Assembly (NCBI GenBank): GCA_013239625.1
Contig: MU054220.1
Span: 7,103,367 to 7,167,366 of the forward strand
Source of the DNA: Lama guanicoe
Lineage: Eukaryota
DNA length: 64,000 bases
Reading direction: 5' to 3'
The notes beneath the pieces were generated by a model. The model saw nothing but the letters and a program-made list of their open reading frames with translations. It made no database searches and was not told the DNA's origin. How positions within the stretch are numbered: position 1 is the first letter of the stretch; every line of letters starts with the position of its first letter. Positions 39,424-52,010 of this stretch are shown one piece after another. The position numbers and the translations under genes were made by a program.

Positions 39424-41279
39424 CTTCTTACCTTTCAGTACTCCACTTCCAAAAGATCTTTTCTGCTCTTCCCAATGTCAGTTGCATCCGCATTATTATT
39501 TGCTCGTAACCCTTATTTATTTCATGTCACTTTAGTGTAGTTTACGATTATTTATGCATGTTGATCTGTAAAATATCTATTTTTCCCACTCTACTTTATA
39601 ATTAATATAACTCTACGGGCCACCTTGGAGAATGTACCAGCTTTAATAAGCCAATTAGCTGTGACCGCAGCCAAGAGTCGTGAATGAAAGCATAGCAGTC
39701 AAAGGTCATGAGTAAAAACATGATTGGTGAGTAGTATACAGGGATGAGAAAGCAGAAGCTCCATGAATATTTAAAATTTTGAATGGCTTAGTTGAGAAAT
39801 ATATGTCAATGTACTTAAATTATATCTATACAGATAGATAAATATTATATATATGCACCCACACATAATAAATTTAAGTAACCCTTATCTATTTTGAACC
39901 TTATCTATTTATATACATAATATGAATAAATGTTATTCTTTTAAAGTTTTTCTCTGGAATCTTACCATCTCCCTGATGCAGTTTCACGATACCCTCAGTT
40001 TAATATCATTCATCCTGAATATTTCATCCTAAATCTCAACTTCTTTCCAAAGCCATTTCTGAAATCCTGGCTGACAGTATATCTCTGAAAATTTAAGTCT
40101 TTTCTAACTGTTTCAAGCAGCACCGAATCTAGCACCTTGAACATAGCAAACTTTCAGTAGTTAATATTGAGTTAAATATGTATACAGTTTATTATTCAAT
40201 TAAACCATAATTTCCTCAAAGGTAAGAAGAGTATTTTATACTAGTTTTCTTCACAGTTTCTGGTCCATTTGTGAGTACATAGGCACACAGAGTACATAGA
40301 GCTTATAACTGGAAATGACCTTAAGAATCATCTAATTCCGGCTCCTCATTTTAGAGAAGACAAATGTATTTTTGCAAAAAGAGGGGAGGGGGCTTCTTTT
40401 TTAGGTATTGAAGCTAGGTGGTTGGGTTGACATTAAAATCTTGATCTCATAATATTCTAATACAGTATATTGACTTCCTCAGTTGATATTCAGGAAATAT
40501 TTGTTGGGCTGAACTGAACTTTGCAGTGTGTGCTTGAGAGCATATGTCAGGAATACTCCTACTGAGACTAATTTAAAATATCACTGGTGGTATGTATTGG
40601 TTTGCAAAGTCAGATACAGAAAGCAAAATGGAGATATGTCTACACCTTATACAACCCACTCAGGTACTTTAACTAGAATAGAATTTGAAAAAAATCACGA
40701 TGACAATGAAACTAATTGTTCTCACCACGTCAAGATTGGCATTTTTGTTCTGCATCATGAATAGCTGACAATCATCAGCCTGAGTCACCACCCATGACAT
40801 TTGATTCTTCTCTTAACATACTATTGTCAAAAGAAGAGAGTTCAGCCCTCACCCTTTTTCTTTTCTTTTTCTTTTTTAATTAATGCATCATCCTGCTTAA
40901 AAATCTCTTCTAGATTCCCCAAGCTTGCCTTCAGTTTTCCCTTAGCACCCATGTGACAGTTTATCAAGAGACTAAGGAGGATGTACTATATAAGGTAAAA
41001 GGACCTCAGAATTTAACAAAAGTCCATACCTTTCTTTTACACACGAGAAATGGAGGCACAGAATGAAGAAGCAACTTCTCTAAGCTTCATAATTGGAAGT
41101 AGAATTGGGAAAGTAATTCAGGCTCCTGACTTCAAGTTTTTAACATACACTTCCTCCTAGAGATGAAATTAGCAAAAAATGTACACTGATTAGATTATAG
41201 GAGAAATCTTATCCTATATATTTTAATATCATATCTTATTTGGGTATATGTATTAGACATATCACAATGCTTTAAATGT

Positions 41280-43340
41280 TGGTGAAATTTTAAATTTTCC
41301 CACATATTTACCAGTTCCCCTACACTTCATTCCTGTGTATGGATCCAGATTTCCATCTGGTGCCATTTTCGTTCTGCCTAAAGTACTTTCTTCATTGCTT
41401 CTTGTGGAGCCTGTCCAATAGGGATGAATACTCTCAGCTGTTGGTTTCTGAAGCTGATCTTATTTTGTCTTCATTTTGGAAAGGTATTTTTGCTGGATAT
41501 AGAATTCTAGGTTAACAGGTTTTCTGGGTTTGTCTTTTTCCCTTTATCAGTACTTTACGGATATTCCTCCACTTTCTTTTAACTTGCATTTTTCCCCAAT
41601 CAGCCCCTGTCTTGTATTCTTTGTTCCTGTGTGGATAGTGTTTCTGCACCTGCCTGCCTTTGGCTGCTATATGATTTGTCACCAGTTTTAAGGGATATTA
41701 TTATGATGTGTCTTTGTGTTATTTTCTTCATTTTTTTCTGCATTTATTGATATTCTTTAATCACTGGGTTTCTAATTTGCATGAAATTTGTAAACTTTTT
41801 TTAGTCATTATGTCTACAAACATTTTTTTCTGTCCATGCTTCCTAATTCTGAGACATGATTACATACATATTAGGCTCTTTTAGCTTCATAGCTAATTGA
41901 TGCTCTGTTACTTTTTTTTTTAGTCTTTTAAAATCTGGATTTCATTCTGAATAGTTTTTATTTATCTCTATTGAAGTTACACTTGTGTCTGCAGTGTCTA
42001 ATCTGTTTTTAATCATATCCAGTATATTTTTCATCTGAGACAATACATCTTCTATCTTTAGAAGTTCAATTTGGATCATGTTTATATCTTCTGCATCTCT
42101 TAACTCGTTTAATTTACCTTCTTGTATTTACAGAGAATATTTATAATAGTTTAACATCTTTGTCTAATAATTCTTTTGTCTATGTCAACTAAGGGTCTGT
42201 TTCTATTAACTGATATTTCTTTTCAGTACCGGCCATATGTTCCTGCTTCTGTGCATGCCAGGTAGTTTTTTAATTAGATGCCAAACACTGTAAAATTTAT
42301 ATTAGCAGTTGCTGAATTTTTTCTGTAATTGTTTCTCCAAAATTGTTGACCTTTGTATACAATTAAGTTACATGGTAATATTTAATTTCTTTTGAAACTT
42401 TCTTTAAAGTTTTGTTTAGTGATCGTAGAGCAGCCAGGAGTCTACAGCCCATTTGACCTCCCTACTGAGGCAATATCCTCTGGGATCCTGATTCAATGGT
42501 CCATTTGTTAGAAAGTCTTTCCATCCCGTCTTGTGAGAAGGCATCAGTCCACTTGCTCCTTTCTGCTGATTCTCTTTCAAGACTGAGTAGTTTCCTCGTA
42601 GCTGTGACTGATCATCTAGTGACTTGCATGGAAACCTTACCAGATGTCTAATTTCCTCTGTGCTTCTCTCTCCCCTCTAGAATTCTGTCTCTCTAATTCT
42701 AGACATGTTTGCCTCCCCAAACCCTAAACACTGTCTCCTCAACTAAGAGAGAACAGGAAACCTGTTTGAATCCATTCTCCTTGCACTGGAGCCTGGAGTC
42801 TCTCCAAGTGGTCAGTTAGGACAGCCATAGGAGTCCTCTCATTTTTTTTTAACCTTCTTTCAGAGATCACAGTCCTGTATTGTCTGTAGTCCAATGTGTG
42901 AAAAACCTTCCATTTTAGTCAGTTCACGCTGCCGCCCCCCCCCCAAAAAAACAGCATCATAGTCTGGGTGGCTTATAAACAACAGAAATTTATTTCTCAC
43001 AGTTTTGAAGGCTGAAAATCAGAGATCAGGGTAGCAGAGTGGTCAGTTTGGCAAGAGCCCTCTTCTGGGTTGCAGAATGTCAGCTTCTCGTTGCATCCTC
43101 ATAACTAGAAACAGAGAGCTCCGGGCTCTTCATCCCCTTTCAACAACACCAGTCCATCATGGGTGCTCTCACCCTGTGACTTCCTCCAAACCTAATTACC
43201 TCCCAAGGCTTCATTTCCGAACACCATCACCCTGGGGGTCAAGCTTCAACATAAGGATTTGGGGTGAGGGTTAGAATATGAACATCCAGTCCGTACCCAG
43301 TATTTCATATACTTTCTTCATTTTTATTTGCTGAATTATC
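41280..43340 (-). mobile_element. Ancient L1M (L1ME-like) 5'/ORF1 region
   Basis: 'ttcattttggaaaggtatttttgctggatatagaattctaggtt', 'attatgatgtgtctttgtgtt', 'gagatcacagtcctgtattgtctgtagtccaatgtgtgaaaa' are typical of old L1M 5' ends. Confidence 0.65.
42911..43299 (-). mobile_element. MLT1A-like MaLR solo LTR inserted in the old L1
   Basis: 'ctgggtggcttataaacaacagaaatttatttctcacagttttgaaggctg', 'cctaattacctcccaaggc', 'gcttcaacataaggatttgggg'. Confidence 0.85.
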
Positions 43341-44663
43341 TTAATTGTTATGGATGCATAACTGTTTAAGCTTGAATTGTGGGTTTTTTCAGTATTTTTT
43401 CTTTAGGTTTAGAGAGTAGCCAGCTTAATTTTCAGCAAGTTTTACTTAATTTTTTTTAACACTCATTCAACAGGCTCTCAAGAATGGGTCCTATTACATA
43501 TGGACGAGGTATAAATTTCACGCCATTTTCCCCTAAATCTCGTAGGCACTGTTGTATCAGATTGTGAGAGGCCATTGGAAGGCTACAAGTCAGACATGCT
43601 AGTCAGACTGCTGCCTTTGATTTTCAACTACACAAGTTTTAGATGACATAATAGATTCAGCATTCATGAAAATGCAGTAGGAGAGATAAGGCTGATCCAG
43701 TGGGTTGTTTCAGATTGTTTGCAGCCTTCACTGTTTTGTTAGAGAACTTGGATTCTATCCTGTAGTGAGTGGGACTCCAAGAGATTTTGAAGCAGAACGA
43801 TGTTCTCATCAAACCTAAGCGTAAGAGGATTAATCTGGTCATAAAATAAATTGAGATGAGAAGATTGGAGGCAAGAATGCTTGGAGAGTATAGCTTATTC
43901 TAAGCATGAATTAAGGACGAGAATTAGCACTGTGATGTTTTGTATACACATCCCAATTAAATTAAGGGATGAGCTTAATTGACAAGCAGTTAAATTAACA
44001 CTGAGTCCTCAGTGCAAATATTGGTGGCTTTGGGGGAAAAAAAATGTTCTCTCTAATGAGGAAGCTGAACTCACAGTACTGAGAAGTTCAAAATGAAATG
44101 ACAGCTTATTCCCTAAGCAACCAGGATGTGACATGCACTTCAACCACCTGGACCTGTTCCCTGGTGCAGAGGCTGCTGTGTCTCTGGCACAGAAGATGGG
44201 ACGTTTGGCTTACACAATGCGCCAACTCGAGATTAAATGAAGGCCACTTAGTGATGCCAAGCTTTTGAGGTGATCACACGTTTCTAGATCCTTTTTCAAT
44301 AATGAATTACTTCTGCTGTATCACTTGCCAATACCTTTCCTTAAACCTACCTGACACATTACCTAGAGGAAAAACACCAGCTTTAGTTTTTCTCCTAAAC
44401 ATTTTATCAGATTGAAGTGTTTTTTGTTAAACAGAAGATTAATTAAACTGACTCTTCAAGCTGATGAAAATCATTAGCATGAGGCAAGTGAAAGTATTTA
44501 TGTTTGTGTGGGAAGAAACAAATGCAGGAGAATCAGTAGAAACTCAAACCAGCCACCAGCTCATATTTGGGAGCTTTTGTTTAAAAAAAAATGGAATTGC
44601 TTTCTTGATGCTTTCCCAAGGCCAGGTCTCAAAAAAATAATCACCATCAAAAAGAGGAGCACA

Positions 44664-44769
44664 GGGGAATGGGTATAGCTCAGTGGAAGAGCTCATGCTT
44701 AGCATGCACAAGGTCCCGGTTCAATCCCCAGTACCTTCATGAAAAAGACAGAGGAAAAAAGAAAAAAAA
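44664..44769 (+). mobile_element. Camelid tRNA-Ala-derived SINE, short form (tRNA head plus A-tail)
   Basis: 'gggtatagctcagtggaagagctcatgcttagcatgcacaaggtcccggttcaatccccagtacc'; TSD aaaaagaggagcacagg (44649-44665) / aaaaagaggtacacagg (44765-44781). Confidence 0.85.
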
Positions 44770-45700
44770 GAGGTACACAGGATATTTTCTAAAAGGGTAA
44801 ATAAAATATTTGTATGGAAACAGAAAGGTGCCCAGTGATTCTCCACAGGTGCGCCTGCACTTGTGGAGAGGATTGGATGATAAGCCTACAAGGAGATCAG
44901 TCTGTGGGACCGTGGCGATGATCAGTTTGAAGCAGGAAGCCTAGAATAGGAGAGACAAGGCTCTATTTAGAGTTGGGAGCGGGGAGCTTGGTTTAAATCC
45001 CCCAATGACCATCTGTCTGACCCTGGGCTAATCACCTCACCTCTCCAAGCCTCATTTCCCTCATCCTGAAAATGGGAAGATGAGACATAATTTGAGCTAA
45101 GTTTCATTCTACTTCTAATTTACAGTGATTCATTGCTTCATGCCCAGGACATTATGTCCCTAACGTGCACAAGGAGGGGACTCCTTTGTGGACTTTGTAG
45201 AACTGAGGAGGGGGAGTAGTGAGTAGCTACACCATGAATGTGTCTCCATGACTTCGTGATTATGAGAGAGAGATGAGTTTTCCATTTTTGATAAGATATA
45301 CATTTGTTAAGAAATTCTATTTTTTGCTGGGTAATGGAGTTTTAGAGAAGGAAATAAATGAATTGTATCTATTAAAGAAGCAAGAGCAACAACCACATGG
45401 TTTGAGAACCCCATTAAATTTGTGTTCTGTTTCCTGCACTGTCTCTGTTCATTTGGGTGAGAACTGAAGTGCACAATAAAAGGCTGAATTAAGTGAGGAG
45501 CTAAATGAACCAATCAATTCTTCTTTTCTCCGATACAATGAAGGTGCCAAGCAGAATGTAGAGTAGCCTGAAGTTGACCCTTACATATCTCCTAATACGA
45601 CTTTCCTTGACAGGCACAGAATTCACATTCGTGCTCTCCTCCAGTCTCAGAGGTATATACTTCCTCAAAGTAAGGGGGTGTTGACAATAAAATATATGTA

Positions 45701-46327
45701 TGCTTTTTATTGAAGTATAGTTGATTTTACAATATTATATCCATTTCAGGTGTACAGCATAGCAATTCAATATTTTTATAGATTATACCCTGTTTAATAT
45801 TGTAAAATAATGACTGTATACCCCTGTGCTGTACAGTATATCCATGTTGCTTGTCTGTGTTATACATAGGAGTTCATATCTCTTAATAATATTCACTTAT
45901 CTTGTCCCCTTTTTCCTCTCCCTACTGGTAACCACTAATTTGTTCTCTGTATCTGTTAAATCTTTCTGTTTTGTTGTATTCACTTGCTTGTTTTAATTTT
46001 TAGATTCCACATATAAATTATAATATATTATGTTTATCTTTCTCTGTCTGACTTATTTCACATAATGTCCTCCAGGTTCATCCATGCCACTGCAAATGAC
46101 AGAATTTCATTCTTTTCTATGGCTGAGTAGTATTCCATTGTATATGTAAACCACATCTCCTTTATTCATTCACCTGTGATAGACACTTAGGTTGCTTCCA
46201 TATCTTGGCTATTATAAATGATTCTGCTATGAACATTGGGGTGCATGTATCTTTTTGAATTAGTGTTTTCATTTTCTTCATATATACACCCACAAGTGGA
46301 ATTGCTGGATCATATGGTAATTCTATT
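45701..46327 (-). mobile_element. L1 3' end (cetartiodactyl/L1MA-like)
   Basis: 'ttttattgaagtatagttgatttt...', 'tggctgagtagtattccattgtatat', 'ggttgcttccatatcttggctatt', 'ggaattgctggatcatatggtaattctatt'. Confidence 0.85.
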
Positions 46328-46589
46328 AAAATATAATTATATCTTTAATGAAGTAGGAGTCACATGGAACACATGAATTTCACCCTATCTTTGGCCTGTC
46401 ATTAGTCTTTAATATTCTCAACCCTAAAAAGCTTCAGTGTAATCCTTAAATTTTTTGATAATACTTTCATCTCTAAAGAGTATCAATGTATCTCTTAAAT
46501 TTCTTGACAATTTTTCATGAATTTAAATGACCAAAGTTGAGCTTATGATTTTCAATGTATCTTTGGATTCCTACAGAGCTGATGATTAA

Positions 46590-46780
46590 TGGCAGCTCTG
46601 TGACCTTGAACAAGTTACTTAACATCTCTGAGCTTAGGTTTCTTCATCTGCAGAATGGGTACAATAATAATTCTTCCTTAGATGGTTGCTGTTAATACTG
46701 TATAAGATAATTCATTTCAAGTGATTAACAAGATGTCATGCACGTAGTAAATCATCAAATAGTGGAAGTTGTCATTATTT
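46590..46780 (+). mobile_element. MIR SINE
   Basis: 'agctctgtgaccttgaacaagttacttaacatctctgagcttaggtttcttcatctgcagaatggg'. Confidence 0.8.
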
Positions 46781-47253
46781 TCTACTCCTTTCTTGAGAAT
46801 ACATATTAGTATGGTTTTCTCATTGTATAATATGATAAATAATTTACCTCAAAGGCAATAGAAAAGTCCCTGGGACCAAGGAACCCTCTAGAGCTGACAT
46901 TGGTATGTCACTCTGTGTAACAGTACCAGGACTCTAATTTTCTTTCACCCTGGGAGCATTCACAGTCAAATTCTTGCATAAGCACAATGAGCCCCATCAG
47001 GATGTAATGTTCTGGTGATCCAGGCAAGTGAGCAATGCAGTGTGGCAGGCTGCTTAAGGCACTGAGGCCCTTTTCTACCTCATTAACTTCCCCTGAGGTT
47101 AGAATAATAATAACATTAATATCATAGGATAACTGTGAAAAATAGAAGAATTAATACAAGTATCTCTTTAAAAAATATCTAATATAATGCACACTGTATC
47201 CTAGGAACTCCTCTAAATGCTTATGATACTAATTTATTGAAGCATCATAACAA

Positions 47254-47406
47254 CAGGGATGTGCTGGAATCATCTCATTCTAGCTCTTGAGTGCAATTGT
47301 TAAATACTCAAGAATTTTGTGAGCTGTTTGTTAAACTGTTGATAGCTTCTGCCAGGCATTGGTACCAGTGTTTACACCATTGTAACTGGCAGATGACACA
47401 TCACCG
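47254..47406 (+). mobile_element. MER63-family (hAT-Blackjack) fragment splitting a minus-strand MIR (~47170-47580)
   Basis: Starts 'cagggatgtgctgga', internal 'attgttaaatactcaagaattttgtgagctg', ends 'cacatcaccg'; MIR text 'cataacaa|...|aacaaccctgtgaggcagg' resumes. Confidence 0.6.
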
Positions 47407-47741
47407 AACAACCCTGTGAGGCAGGTGCTATTGTCATCAACCCCAGTTTACAGCTAAGACACTGAAAAAAATAAACAACTTGTCCAAGAGTCACAGTGAG
47501 TGCTAGAGCCAGCATTCAAACCCATGCAGTCTGACTTTGAGGTTTAAGCACTTAACCTCTACATTATGATGCTATGCCTTTTAAACACTCCATAGTAAGT
47601 GATCAAAAAAATTAGCTATTTTTAACATTGAGAAAAAGGCATATCCCTCACTGCTTTTCTGTCTTCCTCTCTCTCTCTTCTCCCTCATTTTTCACGTAAT
47701 CTCAGATCTTGACCTTGGATGTGAAGGAAGGACTATGTTGT

Positions 47742-47753
47742 TTATTATTATTA

Positions 47754-47787
<34 letters not shown>
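47742..47787. repeat. (ATT)n microsatellite
   Basis: Direct reading. Confidence 0.9.
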
Positions 47788-48929
47788 TCCATAATACATT
47801 GAAATCATTAGAAGAAGCTATAGATTTGGAGGATCAAGTCTCTGTAGTATGCAGGGTTTCAGTGGAGAAGGCAGTATAGTTGTGCAGGGACTGTTGTCTG
47901 AGCTGCTGGGAGCCAGGGTGGACATGCCATTTCTGAGAATGTCCCCCTCCCTGCTGCCCATGAAAAGAGGTCTGTAAGAGAAAGAGTGACAATGGCAGAG
48001 GACCTCTGTCAGCCCTTACTTACGTCTGCAGAAGCTTGCTGTGTCTGAGCTCCCAGAAGTACACCAGCTCCAGGACAGTGTCATTTCATCCCTCAGTTTA
48101 CCCTGCGTGGCTATGGTTTTGGACTTAAATGGCCTGAGAGCCAAGCTCAGCTGTGCCACTTCTGAGCTGTGGGGCCTGTGGGAAAATAAATATGCCATCT
48201 GTGTTTTCAACAGTAAAGTGTGAAGCGTGGCAATACCTATATTTCTGGCTTGAGATGATACTTGAAAATGATAATGCAGTGTAAGCACTGTGAACTAGGA
48301 AGTGATACACAAGTACCAAGGCAATTCTATGAGCAGAGACCACAGAAGCTCCGCCCACGTGGCAGTCCTCACTTTCTTCCTGAAGTCAGGAATCAGACAC
48401 AGCAGCAACGAACACATACTGAGCAGTGCTTACATACTAGACTTTGCAGTGAGCTGGGGATTTCAAGAGTTCCTCACAAAGCCCCTGGCGTCAAGGTACT
48501 GAGAGACCATAAAGCTAAGTAGTCATATGTAGATGACCTTAATAATGTGGAGCAACCCGGAATATATGGAGCTAGTCATTCTTCCCTTACGTGTTAGGGG
48601 CTATCAGAGAGAATGAGACATCACAGTGCCTAACAGAAAGGGTAATGTGGGAATTCTAAACAGCCTAGCTAAGCCTACATTCTGAGAGTTAAAAGAGCCC
48701 TGCTTATTTAGGAATGTAACCTGGCGTGATTAGACTGTACACCTCTGGCTGGAGCCATAAAAATACTAACTTTGAGCTTCTGGCACCACATCTCATTTAA
48801 TATTTTTCTTCCAAGTTTGCCTTGCCTTACTAAGAAATTTCTTTTTATTTCCAAAGTATCAAGAGCTGGACACATTCAAGATCTGGTGATACCCAGTGTT
48901 TATACATACCCGAGGCTTTAATTTCCTCC

Positions 48930-49820
48930 CTTTATTTTTTGTTTTTAATTACAAAGTAATGCATGTATATATCCTGACTATTAAAATACTCAAGCATACA
49001 TAACACAGAGAAACCATGAAAATCTCCCCACCATCCTCACGTATAATTTCTTTTCCAAAATTTATTCTGGTTAACTCTTGGTGTGCATTCTTCCAGTACT
49101 CTTTAGATTTTAGTGTAAATCTCTAAATAGACACTTAGGACCTATACATGTGTGTTCTTTCTTCCTTTTAATTTCTTGCATTTCTGTTAGTTAACTACAT
49201 TTTTTCTACAACTTGCTTTTTTTTTTTACTTAAAAAGTTATGTTGCAGTGTATTTTTAAATAGCAGGTGTAGGTCTAAATTATATTTTTTTCAGATGTTA
49301 TTTTAGTACTGTCAGCATCATCATTAGAAAAATACCAAATAAACAGGTTAACATATTCAAGCAGTACTGAAAAATAGCCTAAAGTAAAGAGTATCTTTTC
49401 TACCCCTTCCACAACCTTACACTTCACAAATGTAACTATTATGTATACTTTTTCCTTCCAGAACTTTCTGACTCTTACAGATCTATGTATCTATCTCTAC
49501 GTGTTTATACATAAACTATGATACACATATATAAAAGTTTTAAACAAAGAAGTATTATAAACAAACTGTGCTGCATCTAGCCTTTAGAAAAACTGAGAAC
49601 CAGAACTTTGAGATCTTTAGATATTATCTAATAAATAACCATATTTGTTTTAATGGTTAGTAGTATCCTCATAATATGGATACCAGTAAGTTTGTTTAAC
49701 CACTCTCATTGACACATTTAGGTTGATTCTAGATTTTTGCTATCACAAATATTGCTTTATTAGGTATTCCTCCATACACAAAACTTCATTCTTGGGCAAA
49801 TTTGTCAAAGTATACATAAG
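48930..49820 (-). mobile_element. Very old L1ME-like 3' fragment(s)
   Basis: 'tagtatcctcataatatggatacc...tttgtttaaccactctcattgacacatttaggttgattctagatttttgctatcacaaat'. Confidence 0.5.
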
Positions 49821-51210
49821 CCAGATTTTATTAATGTATTTCTAACAGTAGTGAGCCAGTTTATAGATTTCTTTAATTCTGTAGCATGCACTCATTCCTT
49901 CAATGACCCCTTTATGAGCACCAGTTAACTTTCAGGCACTATTCAAGGCAAACGATGAGGTAGTAAGTAAGAGAAATATTATTGCTGAACTTATGGAGCC
50001 CACATGCTATTTGGCAAAAGATACGTAGTTAAAAAAAAAATAGGATAAATGGAGACATGCATAGATAAAAAGGAAGATGGATGGGCAAAGGGAGCCACTT
50101 TAAATGCAACTGGTCTCTCCAAAGAGGTGCTTAAACCCAAGGCTTTAATGATCACATTCAAAAGAAAACTACAAAACTGATAGATGAAGCCAGTATTTTA
50201 TTATTATTTACTTCTTTAAAATAGTGATGCTACATAATTTTTCATAGATTTTTGAAAACTTTGTCTTTATGTTTCTATCAAATGATTCATCTTCTTCACC
50301 TATTTTTTTCTGGTTGAATTATAAGTATTTCCTTCACTAATTTATAAGATATGAAACTTTACTTTTTAAAGTGATTAAGTTGAATTTTTAAGAATTAAAT
50401 TTGCTCTAAATTTATGCATTAATATATTGGGAATAAAGCTGAAGATGGTTAATTTTGCATAATAATACTCTTGAATTTTTCAAACATACAGCTTAGATAC
50501 ATACCAGCTCTGCTGTATTTTCTTTAGAATGATTTAATTGTCTTGCTTAAAAAATACCAGTGATATATTCTCTATCAATATCCAAAGAATAATACTGAGC
50601 TATAATTTATGAAGAAAACCTCAGAAAAGATTCCATATTAAGGTTCAAATATTCAGTGACATCTCTATATTTCCCAAGCACAAGGAATATCAATTTATAT
50701 TTCTTTTCACAATTAAGCCTAACCTTGCCACTCAGACAAATGAAAGATGAGATATGAAAATTGACGTATCAACTGTGATCCCCATATTTGCTTCTGTCTT
50801 TTGAACTCTGTAAGAAGATAAGGCAACCAAATTAATATAAATTTAAATTTTTTATAGTTCATATATTTTAAGTGAAGAAAGAAATGAGAAACATCAGATA
50901 TCACTTGGTTTTAGGGTTTTCAACAGTTTAGTTTGCTTCCAACAGCCTTTGATTCTGTGACACTAGCAGACAATTTGCAGTGGGGTCTTGACAAGTTCAG
51001 TTTTGTTATTTGTTTTTTTTTTATTTTTGGTTGGTTGGTTTTTGTTCTGCATCCACTACCAGAATGTTACATATCTAACAGGAATATACATAATTGTGAA
51101 TTTCTTTCTACTGATAGAATCTTCACCTTTAAATCTCTCAGCACAGATAAGTCATCATACAGGCTTAATTTTAGGCTTTTACAATTTATTTTTTCTTTCC
51201 TTTGTATTTA

Positions 51211-51951
51211 TGAAAAGCTGAAAGCTAGTCCTCTAAGATAAGGAACAAGACAAAATTGCCCACTCTTCTTGCTTTTATTCAGCATTGTATTGGAAGTTTT
51301 AGCCGCAACAATTAGGCAAGAAAATGAAATAGAAATCATCCAAATTGAAAATAAATAAAACTGCCACTATTTGCAGATGACGTGATTCTTTACATTCTTA
51401 AAGGATCCAATCACGCACACACACGCACACATACAAAACCTATTATAATTAATAAATAAACTCAGTAAAGTTGCAGGATACAAAACCAATATACAAAAAC
51501 CTGTTGCAGACATGGAAGCAACCTAAATATCCATCAACAGATGACTGGATAAAGAAGTTATGATATAAATACACAATGGAATACTACTCAGCCATAAAAA
51601 AGAATAAATAATGTCATTTTCAGTAATATGGATGGACCTGGAGATTATCATACTAAGTGAAGTAAGCCAGAAAGAGAAAGAAAAATACCATATGATATCA
51701 CGTATATGTGGAATCTAAAAAAAAAAAGATAAATAAACTTATTTACAAGACAGAAACAGACTGACAGACATAGAAAACAAAATTGTGTTTACCACAGGGG
51801 AAGGGAGTAGGTGGAGGGATAAATTGGGAGTTTGGGATTTGTAGATAGTATCTACTATACATAAAATAAACAGCAGGGTCCTACTGTATAGCACAGGGAG
51901 CTATATTCAATACCTTGTAATAGCCTATAATGAAAAAGAGTATGAAAACAA

Positions 51952-52010
<59 letters not shown>

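Noticed and set aside
49956..49968. TGAGGTAGTAAGT, matching the first 13 nt of miR-98/let-7 family
   Set aside because: The match stops at 13 nt, there is no complementary 3' arm, and it lies in an L2-like tail.
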